A stretch of DNA of 64,000 nt from Octopus sinensis (GCF_006345805.1 NW_021833744.1:62001-126000); one strand, 5' to 3'. Positions 39,630-52,378 are shown, counted from the stretch's first letter. Program-made: numbers and translations. Notes: generated by a model from the sequence alone, not told the origin.

Positions 39630-42083
39630 TTAAACTTCATTTTTGAGAAGAAACAGACATTCGGCCAACACCCGGCCACAGTCACACCCACGGAATATCA
39701 AATCCACCAACATATCCTCGTATGGACGGATTAGACTAGCAATATACAACACACCCACTTTAGAGCAGTACAACATGTGCGACACATTGATAATATTATC
39801 ATCCCCGATGTTATCCGAATGTGTCTAACCAGCGGGTCCTCGATCTCGGTCTGTCCTTGGAAGTCGTTGATGGAGGAATATGACCGGGATATTCCCCACC
39901 CACTACTCCCATTCCCGTACTCTGCCTGTCCTCCACTGTCTGAACACAGTCCAGTACAGTGATTGGTCTGGACATGAAGGAGGGACATACAAGGATGTGG
40001 GAGATCAATGACCACTTTTTGTGGGGGGTCAGACTGCAGTCATTCCAGGGACAACACCCACCACTCTCCGGGAGTTGGTTGATGTGGTCATTCACTACGT
40101 GGCCACTCAGACCATCCGAATTGTCGAATTTACTGGACTATCAGCACAACACAAACATTCCACATTTATCCCACGGGCATTCCAGAGGGGGAGACGTGTC
40201 GATCCGTCCATTGGAGGACACGACGTTGATTACTCTCTTTATTGGCACTTGTCTCTGACTGATATGTTCGGCCAATAACGTGTCCAACAACTCAGGCCGC
40301 CCCACTTTGAGTGGACAGTCCGAACTGAGTCCAACAAACACGGAATTGGACATGGGGAGGTGGGGGAAGAGTGACCAAAGGAAGGCAATGAACAGGGAAT
40401 AGGACATTCCTCCCTCGCAGTTCTCCTGATATGACTTGAACAAGTCCAGTCCATTCGTAGAACAACCCTCCTTCTCCCGACAAACCGACAGAATCCTGAA
40501 TTCATGACATATTTGTACCACAAACGAGTCATCTTGACACAGGCCACCATGTCATACCCCTGAAATGCCCCTTCAAAGCGGACTTGGGCTTCACTAAACT
40601 TTATGTTCCCAAAGTCACAGGAGGACAGAGCCGCCTTGCCAGTCTTCAAAAAATCGAAAAAAATATCTAAAATAAGCGAGAATTCAGAAATGACCAAATG
40701 GACTGTCAAGCTGAGTAAAAATATGAACAAAATGGGGAAAGAGGGCAGAGAGTTGGTTGATGAGTTCCAATGCATTGATAAGCACAGCCACATTGTGTTT
40801 GTGTAATGAAAGATTAGAGAAAAGTGTGCCCACAAAGGAGGGGGTTATCAGTTTAGTAATGAACTCCCTGTTGTGACTACCAGTGCATAGTCCGCCCACA
40901 ATTTGCATTGCTGGAGTATAAATAGTGAGAATACACTTGACTGAAGTGAACAGACTGCATTCTTCCTTGGCGAGAAGTGCACTCAGAACAGTACAAATAG
41001 AGTGGGAACAGGCAGGGAGGACAATCTGGGGTGAGTGAGGACTATACGTAACGGGAGAGTGTTTCCAGTGAGTTTAAAGCTGCTTTCTGAATGCAGCTGT
41101 GCTTATTGAAGGCAGCAAAGAGGAGTAGTCTCACAGCCGAGTCGTGTTTACTCACAAATTGTGCATTCCACTCATCGAAAATAGCATTGTTGATTATCGT
41201 CAGTATCTACACTCATTTAGACAGTCCACCTTCTCAGTCAGTCCCACCTGCTCGTCCACACACACAGCAGTTCTCACACCACCACGTCGTTCAACCAGAC
41301 ATTCCACATGTCCATACTCGACTGTGCTCATTTCCCAGAACTACCAATCCGGGTGATGGACAGACCTGAGGATATGAGACAAATGACAGTCTTTTCCAGT
41401 GATAGTCCAACACTCTGTCATAAGAACGGTCTTTATTGAAGCCAACCCAAGCCAGAAGGAGTTCAAAGAGATGAGGACATTTCCAAAAGTCAATTCTTGG
41501 GAGAGGCACTTCTGAAGTCATCACCAAAACACATTTGATGGCAAAATTGACACACGAAGGGATCCCCGAAAGCAAAGACATTTCCAAGTGGCAGGTTGGG
41601 TTATAAATACTCGCTGATTCTGGGAATGTCGACAGTTATGATACCCTTTCTGGAGTGGCAGTGCATTGGAAGGGTAAAAAACATGTCGACTTCCCGTTTT
41701 GTTTGAGATTCGAATAATTTGTTATCGCGGTTGCCTCTTTGCTCGAATGGTTCCAAATATCGGTTGTAGATTTGCCTGAGGTGGTTGGGAAAGGCGAGGG
41801 AATGGCCGAGGAGTCCGATTGAATTGGCCACGTCGTTCCATTTATTTGAGGATGACACTGCTCTGTATCCTCCAAGACTGGTCACTTGGTTGTACAATGC
41901 AAACAAGTTTATTGACACTCCATTTACTGTCGGGAAATTCACTATTTCACTTCTACAATTTATTATTTTTCGATTAATAAAAAATAATTTATTGATTTAG
42001 TGTGGAATTTACTTTAGAGACTTGTTGAAGGCGATGAGATCGCTGTAAAATCGACTTGGATTGAGTTTTGTAGCACCTTCCAT
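39630..42083 (-). CDS. ARID2: ARID2/BAF200 (PBAF subunit), strongly shortened
   Basis: ARID (INLFALYNQVTSLGGY..KWNDVA..LRQIYNRYLEPFE), LEMSLLSGIPSCVNFAI, RFX-like segment (DLFKSYQENC..LWSLFP), C-terminal CPWDKC/CPWNDC..WSLISHI zinc fingers and LAECL end. Confidence 0.88.
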
Positions 42084-42699
42084 AAAGGGCCACAAGAGTG
42101 TGATTGTGAGAGTAATTCAATTATTACATTAATTATTTATAGTGCAACTATTAATAATAAATTTATAGTAGTAAATTTTACATCATCACTTTTACACATT
42201 TACAATTTATTACATTAATTAGAATCTTTGCGTTTTTTCCTGCCTTTTAGTTTTGATAAATTCTACGAAATATGGTTTTTTGTTTTCTAGTAATTCTGAG
42301 ATTGTTTTCGGGGTTAAGAGCGTAGTTATTTTTTTTATATATTTTAGAGATGAAAATGTTGCAAATAGACGAGAACTTTTGGAGTTTTTTGAAAGTCGGC
42401 AACCCAAAAAATCTCAAAAATTGAATTTTACAACATTTTCAAATGTAAACATTTGCATTTCAATCAGATTGTATTTAACGTTTTCTCTATCAACCATCTT
42501 CTCTATTCTGAGAGCAAATAGGTTAACAATCCAAGTATTAGATTGATTTGAAACAATCTAGTAGCTCAGAGTTTTACCTAAATAAAAAATCTTTTCAAAA
42601 CATGGCCTTTTGACAGCCAATATAAATATTCTCCTGATATTTACACATATAAACAAGTAATCACTATTTAGAAGAACATGAAAGAACTGTTTGATAAAA

Positions 42700-43330
42700 T
42701 AAATTAGTATCTGTTGAAAAAGCCAACTTGTGACTCCTCCTAGAAATGGCTGAACCAATCTCTGAGAGAGTTTGAGCGCTTTGGGTCCAATTACCCCACT
42801 GGTCTCAAAAACCATAGGGATGAAGCAGCAGGTATCCAACGAGGCATATTTTTCAGTTTTCCTAGATTCGGAGAGGGCAGATGCAAATAAAGGCCACGGT
42901 CCAGTCCAAACAATTTTAATATTGAGAAGAATCCAGCGGCGTTAAGCACGCACTTCACAACATTATTCGAAGAGACGTGTCTGGCGATCCTGCTGGCACT
43001 GAGGAAACAAGAGAGAGACTATAACCCCCTCAGTTTGATGAGTTTTCTAGATCTACAATGATGCGGTTTCTCAATATAAAAATTCAAATGTGGACTGATT
43101 TGTTGTCCAGGAACATACCGGCTGACGAAATCGGCAACACATTAAACCAATCAGCCGAATGTGGTTGGCAAGCATAATTAACACTTGTCAACTGAAACTG
43201 GTCGTCGTGTAAGCGGATATCTTCAATTGGGAGTTCACAGTTCTTTTGAACAGATGAAATGTCCGGGATTTTAAGCTCCCGAGAAACCCACTTGTTGACT
43301 CCAGCCACATATTTCTTACATGCAGTATAT
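42700..43330 (-). mobile_element. Fragment of a CRE/R2-group non-LTR element related to 17300-19790
   Basis: SADWFNVLPISSAGMFLDN; KYASL..FIPMVFETSGVIGPKA..WLFQQI. Confidence 0.75.
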
Positions 43331-43879
43331 CGCCAGATTTGAACTTGATATTTACCAATAACTCAAGGGTTTTCGAAACCAGATTATCAAGAAGAGAAAG
43401 AGATAGTTTTTTAGTAGGAACATTCGAGCTTGCAGAAACGCGAAATGAGGATTTCTATCTCGTCCTCCTTGTTAGCGAGAGCCTTCCTAATACTTTTCCA
43501 AATGATCGGGGATCCGAGGATAAAAAGCTCGAAAGAGGTGATTCTCAAATGCTCGAGCTAAAGTTGAGAAGATAGATTTTGTTCTTTTTTATTCAAAAAA
43601 AATTTCAACAAAAAAAGTAATCATGATTTGTAAATTATTTCTCATATTCCCTAAACTGTCACTATAACAATAAAACAGAGCGAAACGTCTTGGTTAGTGC
43701 TCTCAGTCATTTCTTATTGGGAAAATTCATTTGGAAATGGACACTAAAAAGACAAATTCCCATTATCTATATTTGCCTATTTGCCCATTTTTCAGTTTGG
43801 TGGGTTGAAGTGACGACGTATGTATTTCGCTTCAAAATATATCTTGTATGTGCATGACAAAGTGATAGATTATTACAAA

Positions 43880-44960
43880 ATATTAAAAATACATAAATAA
43901 GCCAGTGACAAGTATAAAATTCGTATAAGAATAACGCGAAGAATATTTTTCAAGTTTTGCTTCAATAAACAAATTTTTCGACAAAACAAAAGCAGAGTTG
44001 TCGAGGAATTGATAAGTAGTGAGACACCCAACAAGTCCACTGATCGATTTTGGGAGAACTATAAAGGACGAAACAATATATTTATTCTGCTTGATATAAG
44101 TCGAATAACTTGTAGTCAGTCAATAAACGTACTTTTTATTATCATGATGGTTGATCTGCCAGTTAAAGGCAATTGAAGTGACGTCCTCGTATAGGAATGC
44201 CTCACAGCGAAAAAGTGTCTCAGTGCTCGATGTTTGTTTTATTTTTATGTCTAAAATAAAGATTCATTAGAAACGCAATGTTAATAATTTTGCCATTCTC
44301 TGGGCAATTCCGAACTTGTTTTCGGCACTGCATACAAAATAGTCATTTTCCTTGATTCTGTCAACAAAAACAGAACTGCACTAAAAAAAGTCAAAAATAA
44401 ACACATACAATGCACAACCTTTCCTTCTTTCCGTATTCCAGTCTCCACCAGCTGACGATCGGGGACGGACTTCCCTGCTCGACTTGACAGTGAAAAGTGT
44501 TGTTTTCTCCCGAAACAATAACTTTCTTTGCAGTAAATGTGCTTATTTTTGGTGGTTCTATATAACTCTAAAAACATACTTGCGAGTTTTAGATTGAATA
44601 TATGTGAGATTAACCGCTTGTTTGTTGATTGTCCGACACACTGGTATGTCCCTTCGTCACCTTTGCCAAACGAAGTAATCACAAGTCGATAATTCCCATT
44701 TTTATGATCAATTTCATGTTGGGAGTCAATCACGTAGTCATTGAAGGTTAGTTTGACAGTCCCGTCCTTAATCCAGCTCCACTAACATACGACTAAATGA
44801 CAACATTAGTCCTTGAAAGAGTGTCATGGACAGTACAGTCGAGACTCACAGCCTTATTTAAAAGCACATAAATCACACGAGTTTGTTTATAATCTTCCAA
44901 GTACGATTGATTGAAACACTCGAGCATGCCAAGTATACAAACTAAGAAGAAACGCTTCAT
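43880..44960 (-). CDS. Secreted/membrane-anchored immunoglobulin-superfamily protein (2-3 Ig domains)
   Basis: Signal peptide MKRFFLVCILGML, VSLDC..SWIKD..YRLVI..DEGTYQC, second domain FHCQVEQGSPSPIVSW..FVCSAENKFG, hydrophobic C-terminus. 3' boundary approximate. Confidence 0.75.
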
Positions 44961-45098
44961 TCTAATTTTACGCCACTCTTTCATTACATAAATTTGATTA
45001 CTTCGTGCGTGTAAACTGTTGCTAATAAGAATCGTGTCGATACATAAAAGTACATCATCAAAGAAAGTCTACCCTCAGGCCATCACTAATTAACATTT

Positions 45099-45415
45099 CC
45101 AATACAGTCACCCTTTTAGCCTACTTAGCAAATAACAGATTACTAATTGTAATAATAAACTTGGTCAATAAATGTCTTTACTAATAAAATAACAAATTAT
45201 TCCAATACAACCACCCTTTTAGCCTACTTATCAAATAACAGATCACTAATAGTAATAATAAACTTGGTCAATAAATGTCTTTACTTATGAAATAACAAAT
45301 TATTTCAATACAACCACGCTTTTAGCCTACTTAGCAAATAACAGATTACTAATTGTAATACTAAACTTGGTGCTTTGGTCAATAAATGTCTTTACTAATG
45401 AAATAACAGATTATT
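45099..45415. repeat. ~103-bp tandem repeat x3
   Basis: Units start ~45099, 45202 and 45305 (caatac..ccttttagcctactta..aaataacaga..aaacttggtcaataaatgtctttact). Confidence 0.92.
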
Positions 45416-46008
45416 AAGAGTAATAGTAAACTGACTTCCTAGACAAGAAAAGAGGAAATCCCGTACAAAGAAACACGAGAACGAGATATATCACCCACTC
45501 GGTCTAAGATAATGATAGAAAAGAGTTACAAAGTGACTAACAACATATCTTTGGTAGTCCAAAACAGTCAGCACATACAAACGGCTTGGAAGAGAAGACA
45601 AATGAGTCTACAATAAGGAGATAGACCCTCACTCTTGACACATCTTCTCCAAACAGGCGGAATGTTATCACAGCGGACTCCATTTGGTGGTACCCCGAGT
45701 GGCTGAAGGATGATTTGACTCTCCCCACCACCGAGGAGGCACTGAGGGTAATGAATATGACCAAATACGGGGCAATTGACTCCCATTGTAATACAAATTG
45801 GTGCTGAGGGTCGGTTAATTGGATATTCGTGATCGTTCTGGCATGATTATGACATTATGTACTCGTTTCCAGTGTTGTATAGAATGTATTCAAACTCAAA
45901 TTCCATTCCTACATGAATTGTGTCATTCAGGACGGTTTTTGAAACCAAGAGTTGCGAATTTGTAAGTAACGTTACACAAAAAAGTAAGTAAATATATTTT
46001 ATTTGCAT
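45414..46008 (-). CDS. SSR2: Translocon-associated protein beta (TRAP-beta)
   Basis: Signal peptide then LLVSKTVLN..VG.EF..EY.LYNTGN, IQLTD, LQWESIAP, SAVITF and TM EWVIYLVLVFLCTGFPLFL. Last exon uncertain. Confidence 0.8.
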
Positions 46009-46664
46009 CTGTCGCATTAAAACATGATAAAACCACAGAAGACTATACAACACACAGTATACTATTTAATATTTAAAATTGGAGTTTAAATTTAATAATA
46101 TTTAGAATAAAATGAATATCATTTAATTAAATAGAATTAAAATTTAATAGATAAATTTGTATATTTTCATTATGTCACTTAAAGGACATTATTTATTAGA
46201 TTAAAGGTTTGAAAATCCATAATAAGTTTACTATTTTAAAAAATAACAATAAAAATAATTAAAATTAATTTTTAAATATTTAATCGATGTGACCTATCAA
46301 TGTTAATTAATTTTATTTTAATCAATCAGCCAAATGTCCGGATTCCAATCGCTTCTAATTTCTTGCATTTTTTGAGGGACTAGAAAATGAATTTTTCAAA
46401 TATCTTTTTTATTTGTTATGACTCAAAGAATCAGACGGACTTCTGGAGGTGCCGAGAGTCACTTTAGAATTGGAGTACCAATATTTGACTATGTCGGAGA
46501 CGGAATAATGTTTGTAGTCATATTTTCAAATACTGACGATTTTTTTTTCTCATGAGAAATCTAAAAGACTGAGAAATACAGAGGATTCATGGTTAAATGG
46601 CAACCTTTTTGTTTTTAGTGAATTTAAAATAATTTATTAACTAATAGAATTTACGAATTTGTCG

Positions 46665-46840
46665 GTTAAATACTCAAAATGATTAATTTGTTTATATTTT
46701 GTTCAATTTCAGAAAATTAACAAATTATCCATTTATTAATTTATATTAAAAAGAAAAAATATACTGTAGCATAACTAAAGACATTATTTTTAAAATAAAT
46801 ATTAATTTGGTCTATAAATAGTTAGTAAATTAATGAAAAA
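46665..46840 (+). promoter_or_regulatory. Upstream Pol III (type 3-like) promoter of RNase P RNA copy 2
   Basis: TATAAATA at ~46813-20. Region duplicated together with the RNA gene. Confidence 0.65.
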
Positions 46841-47074
46841 GGCCGTTAGAGTATGTACGGGGAGACACTACTAGCGTCAGTCGCTATAATTTCTCTCGGG
46901 AAGGTCTGAGAACGGGGTGTAATCAACGCATGTGGTTGACGTTTTGATTCGTACACACCGACCAGAAAATGCTCTTTCACTCTGTGAATGTTGGATTGAA
47001 ATGGTGTGACCGGGCTGTGCAGTCCGATGTACATAACACTCGCTGTAACTCAATTCAGACTACTCCTAATGGCC
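46841..47074 (+). ncRNA. RPPH1: Nuclear RNase P RNA, copy 2
   Basis: GGGAAGGTCTGAGA (CR-I), CCAGAAA (CR-II-like), TTGAAA (CR-III-like), AACTCAATTCAGACTACTC (CR-V) and P1 terminal stem. 234 nt. Confidence 0.93.
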
Positions 47075-47079
47075 TTTTT
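47075..47079 (+). terminator. Pol III oligo-T terminator
   Basis: TTTTT immediately after the P1 3' strand; same in copy 1. Confidence 0.75.
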
Positions 47080-47818
47080 ATATTTAATTTATAAGAAAAA
47101 AACAAATCATGTAAACCGAGATGTTTCCTAAACCCTCCGACAAGTTGCTTTTTTAAGTTTAAGCATTCAGAAATAGAAAACACTGACAACGATTATTTTA
47201 AACTGCCGACGATAGGATGGCCTGGCATTGCCTTGTGATCTATTTAGCTAATTTGTAATTTTTTAATAACAACCAGAACTTGAATAACTCGCCATTAATA
47301 TTAACTGCCTATATTTTTAATGGATTTATTAATAAAAGGTACCTAACTGCCTATATTGTTTATAACAAAATTACCACACAATCCACACAATACATTTTTT
47401 ATATTGCACGTTTAGAATATCACCATTTAGAATAATTTTGATGAAATTTTTTAAAGCCCCCAAATCTATTATTCTTTGACAGCCCATTACAGGAGACTCG
47501 CCAGATTTCTCAGAATGAGGCATAGGGTTCTTATACACTTAAATTTCCATTTATTGTTGAATGTCAAACACGTATAACTACACTTGTGACTTTATAATGC
47601 ATATTCAAAGGTATACGTGTCGCCTAATCATCCTAATGACTGCTTATTTTATTATTAAAATAAAAAAATAATGTTTTTAGTATTAATTTATACTAAATAT
47701 AAATTTGTTCCGTTTCTCTCTACTAGAAGTACACATGTCGAGGATCAAAATAAATATATCCTGACGGAAAACACACGTTCACATTCTGAAATGCATATCT
47801 ATGACATATATTTGCATA

Positions 47819-48759
47819 TTACTCCGGATTTTGGCCCAAATCAGTGGCTTTATCAGACTGGACTGGGGTGTCTTGCTCGTAGTACAGGGGGACATAAGGG
47901 TAAACCCACGTGTAGTATTCAGGGGAGTAGTACATCGGGTAGCAGTAGTGCGATCTAAAATAGAAGCAGCAGTTGGACTGGTCGTAGAGTTGAGATGAGA
48001 AGACTTTCTAAAACAATAAGCTCACTCAAACACATTTACAACCGACTTGCCTTGACTGTTCTTGTCAGCGAACTTGACTATCAAAGGCTTTCCATTGTCT
48101 GGAGTGTTACAAGACCTGCCACCCTCCAGGACTTTGCCGTTGAATTTCTTGATGATCAAATTGCATGCTTCGTTGGACTTCATTCGGGCCAGCCCCACGC
48201 ACTTGCTTTTTCCGTTTTCGTCGATAAGAATCCTCGAAGACGACGGTTTCTGAATGCTTTCTAACAGATTATCCAAGTCGATTTTTGTGAAGTTGACGGG
48301 CAATCCAGAAAAGTAGAGATTCGTCAAGTCTTTCTCTTGTTTCTTGTTTTTATAAAAGTAATAAAAACAGCAGCAATTTGGACGTCGTATCCCTTCTTTC
48401 GCAAATCCGTGATGGCCTTTTTGGCTGAGGAATCGGAAGTGTAGTCGATGAAGCCATACCCTGCAGGCGGTCGGGAAGAAATGGGACCTTTGCATAAATC
48501 AGTGTTCTTGTCCATGATAGCCTTGCACGAAGATATTTTGCCGAATCTAGAAAAATATATTTATAATCATATTTGCTGGTCATTATCAATGCAGATATTG
48601 CAGACAGACCACAAATTTATTGTTATAAAAACTATGTTCACATTTAACTTACTTTGCTCCCAAACGATACAGTTTGTCGTCGTCAAAATACGTGTCTAGT
48701 CCTTTGACGTATATATTGGTGGCATTGATGTATGTATTGGTTTGGTTTGACTGTTCCAT
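47819..48759 (-). CDS. RBMS: RBMS/alan shepard-family two-RRM RNA-binding protein
   Basis: TNIYVKGL..K|FGKISSCKAIMDKNTDLCKG|YGFIDY..QIAA|KQEKDLTNLYFSGLP..SSRILID.NG.SKCVGLARM..PLIVKFAD; Tyr/Pro-rich tail. Confidence 0.92.
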
Positions 48760-50382
48760 TCTAGTATTGCATGAAGATTCCGACGATTTTTAATTTAAAA
48801 GCGCAGTTCATCTTTTAAATATGGCGCCGACTCCGCTTTGAATTTATTTAGGTCATCAAAGATATTTGACTTACTTAACAGACATATTTCCTCAAAACAG
48901 ACTTAAACAAACTTTTTGATTTCCTCATTTCCCAGACTCACCAATTCCCAGCAGCCTGCCTGTTTCGTGCCTGTCGATGCTTTTAACCAACGGACAGATA
49001 ATAATGATAATCATTGCTAAGTTTGTTAGAAATAAGTCAATGGAGTTTTCGTTCAGGATCTAACCCCATAATCCTGAAAAATTCAGCTTTACAAATATGG
49101 GCTATGCTACATGTAATTCGATTTGATCACAAATTAATTGTGGTAAAGCAAAACCTCAAAACATAAGTATAATTCTCGAGAAGATTAGATTTGTATGTAT
49201 CGACATATCTTGATAATTCTGAAATCAATTTCGCTCTAAATTAAAAAACTGGAGAATATATTCATCTCTCGCTTCCCTATCTGGTTAATAGACCGCTTGA
49301 GTCTGGTCAAATACCAATTTACACTTATTATTTGTGACTCTAAAGTCGCTTTGTATACATCCTTACATTGTTGTGTCCAGGAACTATTCCCTGTGTAGAA
49401 GAATGAGCACAGTGATCATACATTTTTAGCGTGATTTGTCTATAATTCAAACTGTGATGCTTTTCTGTTGCTCTATTCCATCGAGTGTTCAATGAAGAGT
49501 ATTATTTAATCTATTAACATTGGTTTTATATGCCCGAATGACATTAAATGTCATAGTTTCCGGGAACTTCATTTCCGTTACGTAGATCACTTGGAAAGGA
49601 ATAAAGAATCTCTAAACCTAGATTACAGTTTTACTATGACTAAGTCGAAATAGCCATAAGTTAGCTTTATTAATTCATTGGGAATATGCAAATTGTAAAA
49701 TTAGTTTTATTCACAGTTGGGTGATAATTTTGCTTTTAATTCTTAAGTTACAGTCAGACATGACACAAGTCATTTATCGAATAATTGAATTGCTTCAGTT
49801 AAATCACTTTATAACAAAAATCAATCTAAAATCGAAATTTCAAGTTTATGTACAAATAGACCTTCGAAGACAACTAAATGAACATGCTTTGGTCAGCTAC
49901 TTATACTAACTGCGAACCTGGAATATGTCAAATTAATTTGCGAGATAAAAGGCAATGTAATTTGTGATACTTTCGGTGATTCTGACACATATTATGATAA
50001 TTTACTACGTCATTTTTAGAAGCCTGCAAATTCTTAACACCCTTGTAAAAATCAACACCATCAAAATGCCATTGTGACCACAACACATTCTAAATAAAAT
50101 TTTTGTTTTCAATTAAATCAAAAACCAATGTTTCAGGCTTAACAACATCCCGTAAAACGAGGTTACTCAAAAAACAGACTCGACTGTTCTTAAACCGACA
50201 AAAGGACAAACTCAAAATAAAGAACAATTCTTTTTTACAGAACACGAAAGGTAATCAAATCTGGCTAATATCATAAAACAATCTCACAAACACTCGAATT
50301 AGAAATAAATCACCCAAATTTATCAAAATAAGCACTCCTGACACTGCAGATAATAAGCTTGGTCGTAAACCTGTTCAATTGA

Positions 50383-51153
50383 TCAGCATATTCCCGATGG
50401 ACCAAATATTTTGTCCGTGTGATCAAATCCTCCTTCGAAATCTACATTTATCCTCTCGTAAGTCACCTTCTGGACACAATTCCTCACCCTGATGAGCACA
50501 TTCCCATTTTCGTCCTCATAAATCGGCGGGAGACGACATTTGGTGAGACTCAGACAAGTCTCTGAGGGAGAAGTCCACGGTTTGATATATATTCTCACCA
50601 AATAACGGAATGTACACTAAAACACTCACCAATCACACAAACCGGCATTTTCCTGCAAAAACATGGCTGTCCTCGCAAAACGTGATGTTTTGGCTGGTCA
50701 GTCACAGCTCTGACATTATGAGGAGGACAAATACGTTTTTTTAAGAAACGGAAACTGTTTTAAATGCTGGTTGGGGGACAGAACAGGACAGAATTCGACA
50801 GAATACATGTTTGGGGACACATGGGGCTTGTATTGTAGGCACATGTCGTTTATTTCGAGAAGGATGTGATCGGCCTGGATATATTAGAGAAAGATAACTC
50901 TGTCCTCGTTGAGATCCACGCCCAAGACCTTTCCGTGTTCGGATATTCCTAAATGGATTGTTCCTCCTTCCCCCTGGTTTAGGAAAGTAATGAATGATCT
51001 TTTTTATAAATTTATGAAATTGGACTGGGAAATGGGTGTTCGAGATGCTTTTGAAACTTCTGCTGAACCAAAGGTTTGATGGGATTCAAATTTGTTGTGA
51101 TCGTCCTCTTCAATGTCAGCATCGCTGTTGAATATATAATACTTTGTAGACAT
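50383..51153 (-). CDS. Schlafen-like (AlbA_2-domain) protein
   Basis: Spliced: YYIFNSDADIEEDDHNKFESH..RTPISQ|SFITFLNQGEGGTIHLGISEHGKVLGVDL..|DHI..YKPHVSP.MYSVEFCPV; C-terminal VRIYIKP..PPIYEDENGNVLIR. Confidence 0.7.
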
Positions 51154-51313
51154 CCACCTCGACCGTTTTGTGAATGATGTACATTTATTTAAAATTATTA
51201 TTAAATATTTACTTATTTAAACATATAAAAATATAATTTTAAACGACCTTTAATATCACAAACCATTATTAAAATAAAACTGAAAGCAAGAGACACGCAG
51301 TCTCAAAAAATAG

Positions 51314-52378
51314 CTATGATAAATAATTCCCGTTATGTTTATCACGGATATGCATATCAAACGAAAGTCCCGACAAAAACGTTTTTTTGCAAAGTTGGCA
51401 TTCGAGTTTTTGTTCAGAATGAAGTGACATATGTAAGTGGTACATTTCCTCGCTCCTGTACAGAATTCCGCACGTGTAACACTCATGCAGACCATCTTCT
51501 GTTTTTTCGGAGACAACTTTATGTTCTTCTTTGCTGAGAAACGTTTCTTGTAGGTCGGATGTCAGTTTCACGTTTTCTTCCTCTTCTCCAATGGAAGGAC
51601 AGACTTCGGCTTCCCTCACAGTGGTGAAAGTCGGTTCCAGAAAGCAGGGGATTCTTCTAGAAATGAGGGACTGACACAACTGGGGAATGGTGGAAACATA
51701 AGGAAAGTTTGTATATGGCTGGAATACCATCGACTAGGACGTTAATAGACAACCTGACCATATATTGGTGCATCATTACTTGCCTAGTACTAAGATTGAA
51801 AGAAATACATTTTGCTTGCGTCGGAAATGAAGGGAATGTCGAATGTAGACCTCAGACTAACATTATTATTCGTCGAAGGTTGTTTCATTGGTCTTATCTT
51901 TGAACATTTGCATCTACCCAATCGAGAGAAATAACAACTTAGTGACTCCACATCTCGAACATGGGGGCAAATGAGAACGCATGTGACTATTAAGCATTGA
52001 CCTGTTGATGCACTTGTACTCGCATTTGTCACAAGAAAAGGGTTTTTCTCCACTATTGTGTCTTGACAAATTGTGGTAGTCCAAATGATGTTTCATTCGA
52101 GTCACAAAACTGCACAACTCACATCGATAGGCCGCCCCACCGTCCAAATGTTTGTCTTCTTTATGGCGGTAAAAGTCTTCCTGAAAGTAAATTGAATCAC
52201 TCACTTCTTTGGCAGTGGAATAGTCGCAGTGTCTACATTTGAAGAGTTTTCGTTTTCGTTTTCTTTTACCATCCTCGTAGCTGGGACATTTGTCGGTGGG
52301 AGAGTTCTCATCGGAACTGTTGTGCTGTGAAGGCAGGTCAGGATGACATGCATTTTTGGGAGGAGATCTATTTGACAT
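51314..52378 (-). CDS. hb: Hunchback C2H2 zinc-finger transcription factor
   Basis: [37 protein letters not shown] (hunchback finger 2-3 signature) plus C-terminal pair [31 protein letters not shown]. Confidence 0.9.

Noticed and set aside
45099-45415. CRISPR-like array (also 36190-36272 and 37138-37195)
   Set aside because: Eukaryotic context, no unique spacers and no cas genes; these are simple tandem or subterminal repeats.
48970-50300. Possible multi-exon gene between RBMS and the Schlafen-like gene
   Set aside because: Some GT..AG micro-intron patterns on the plus strand, but I could not build a stop-free model or recognise a domain.
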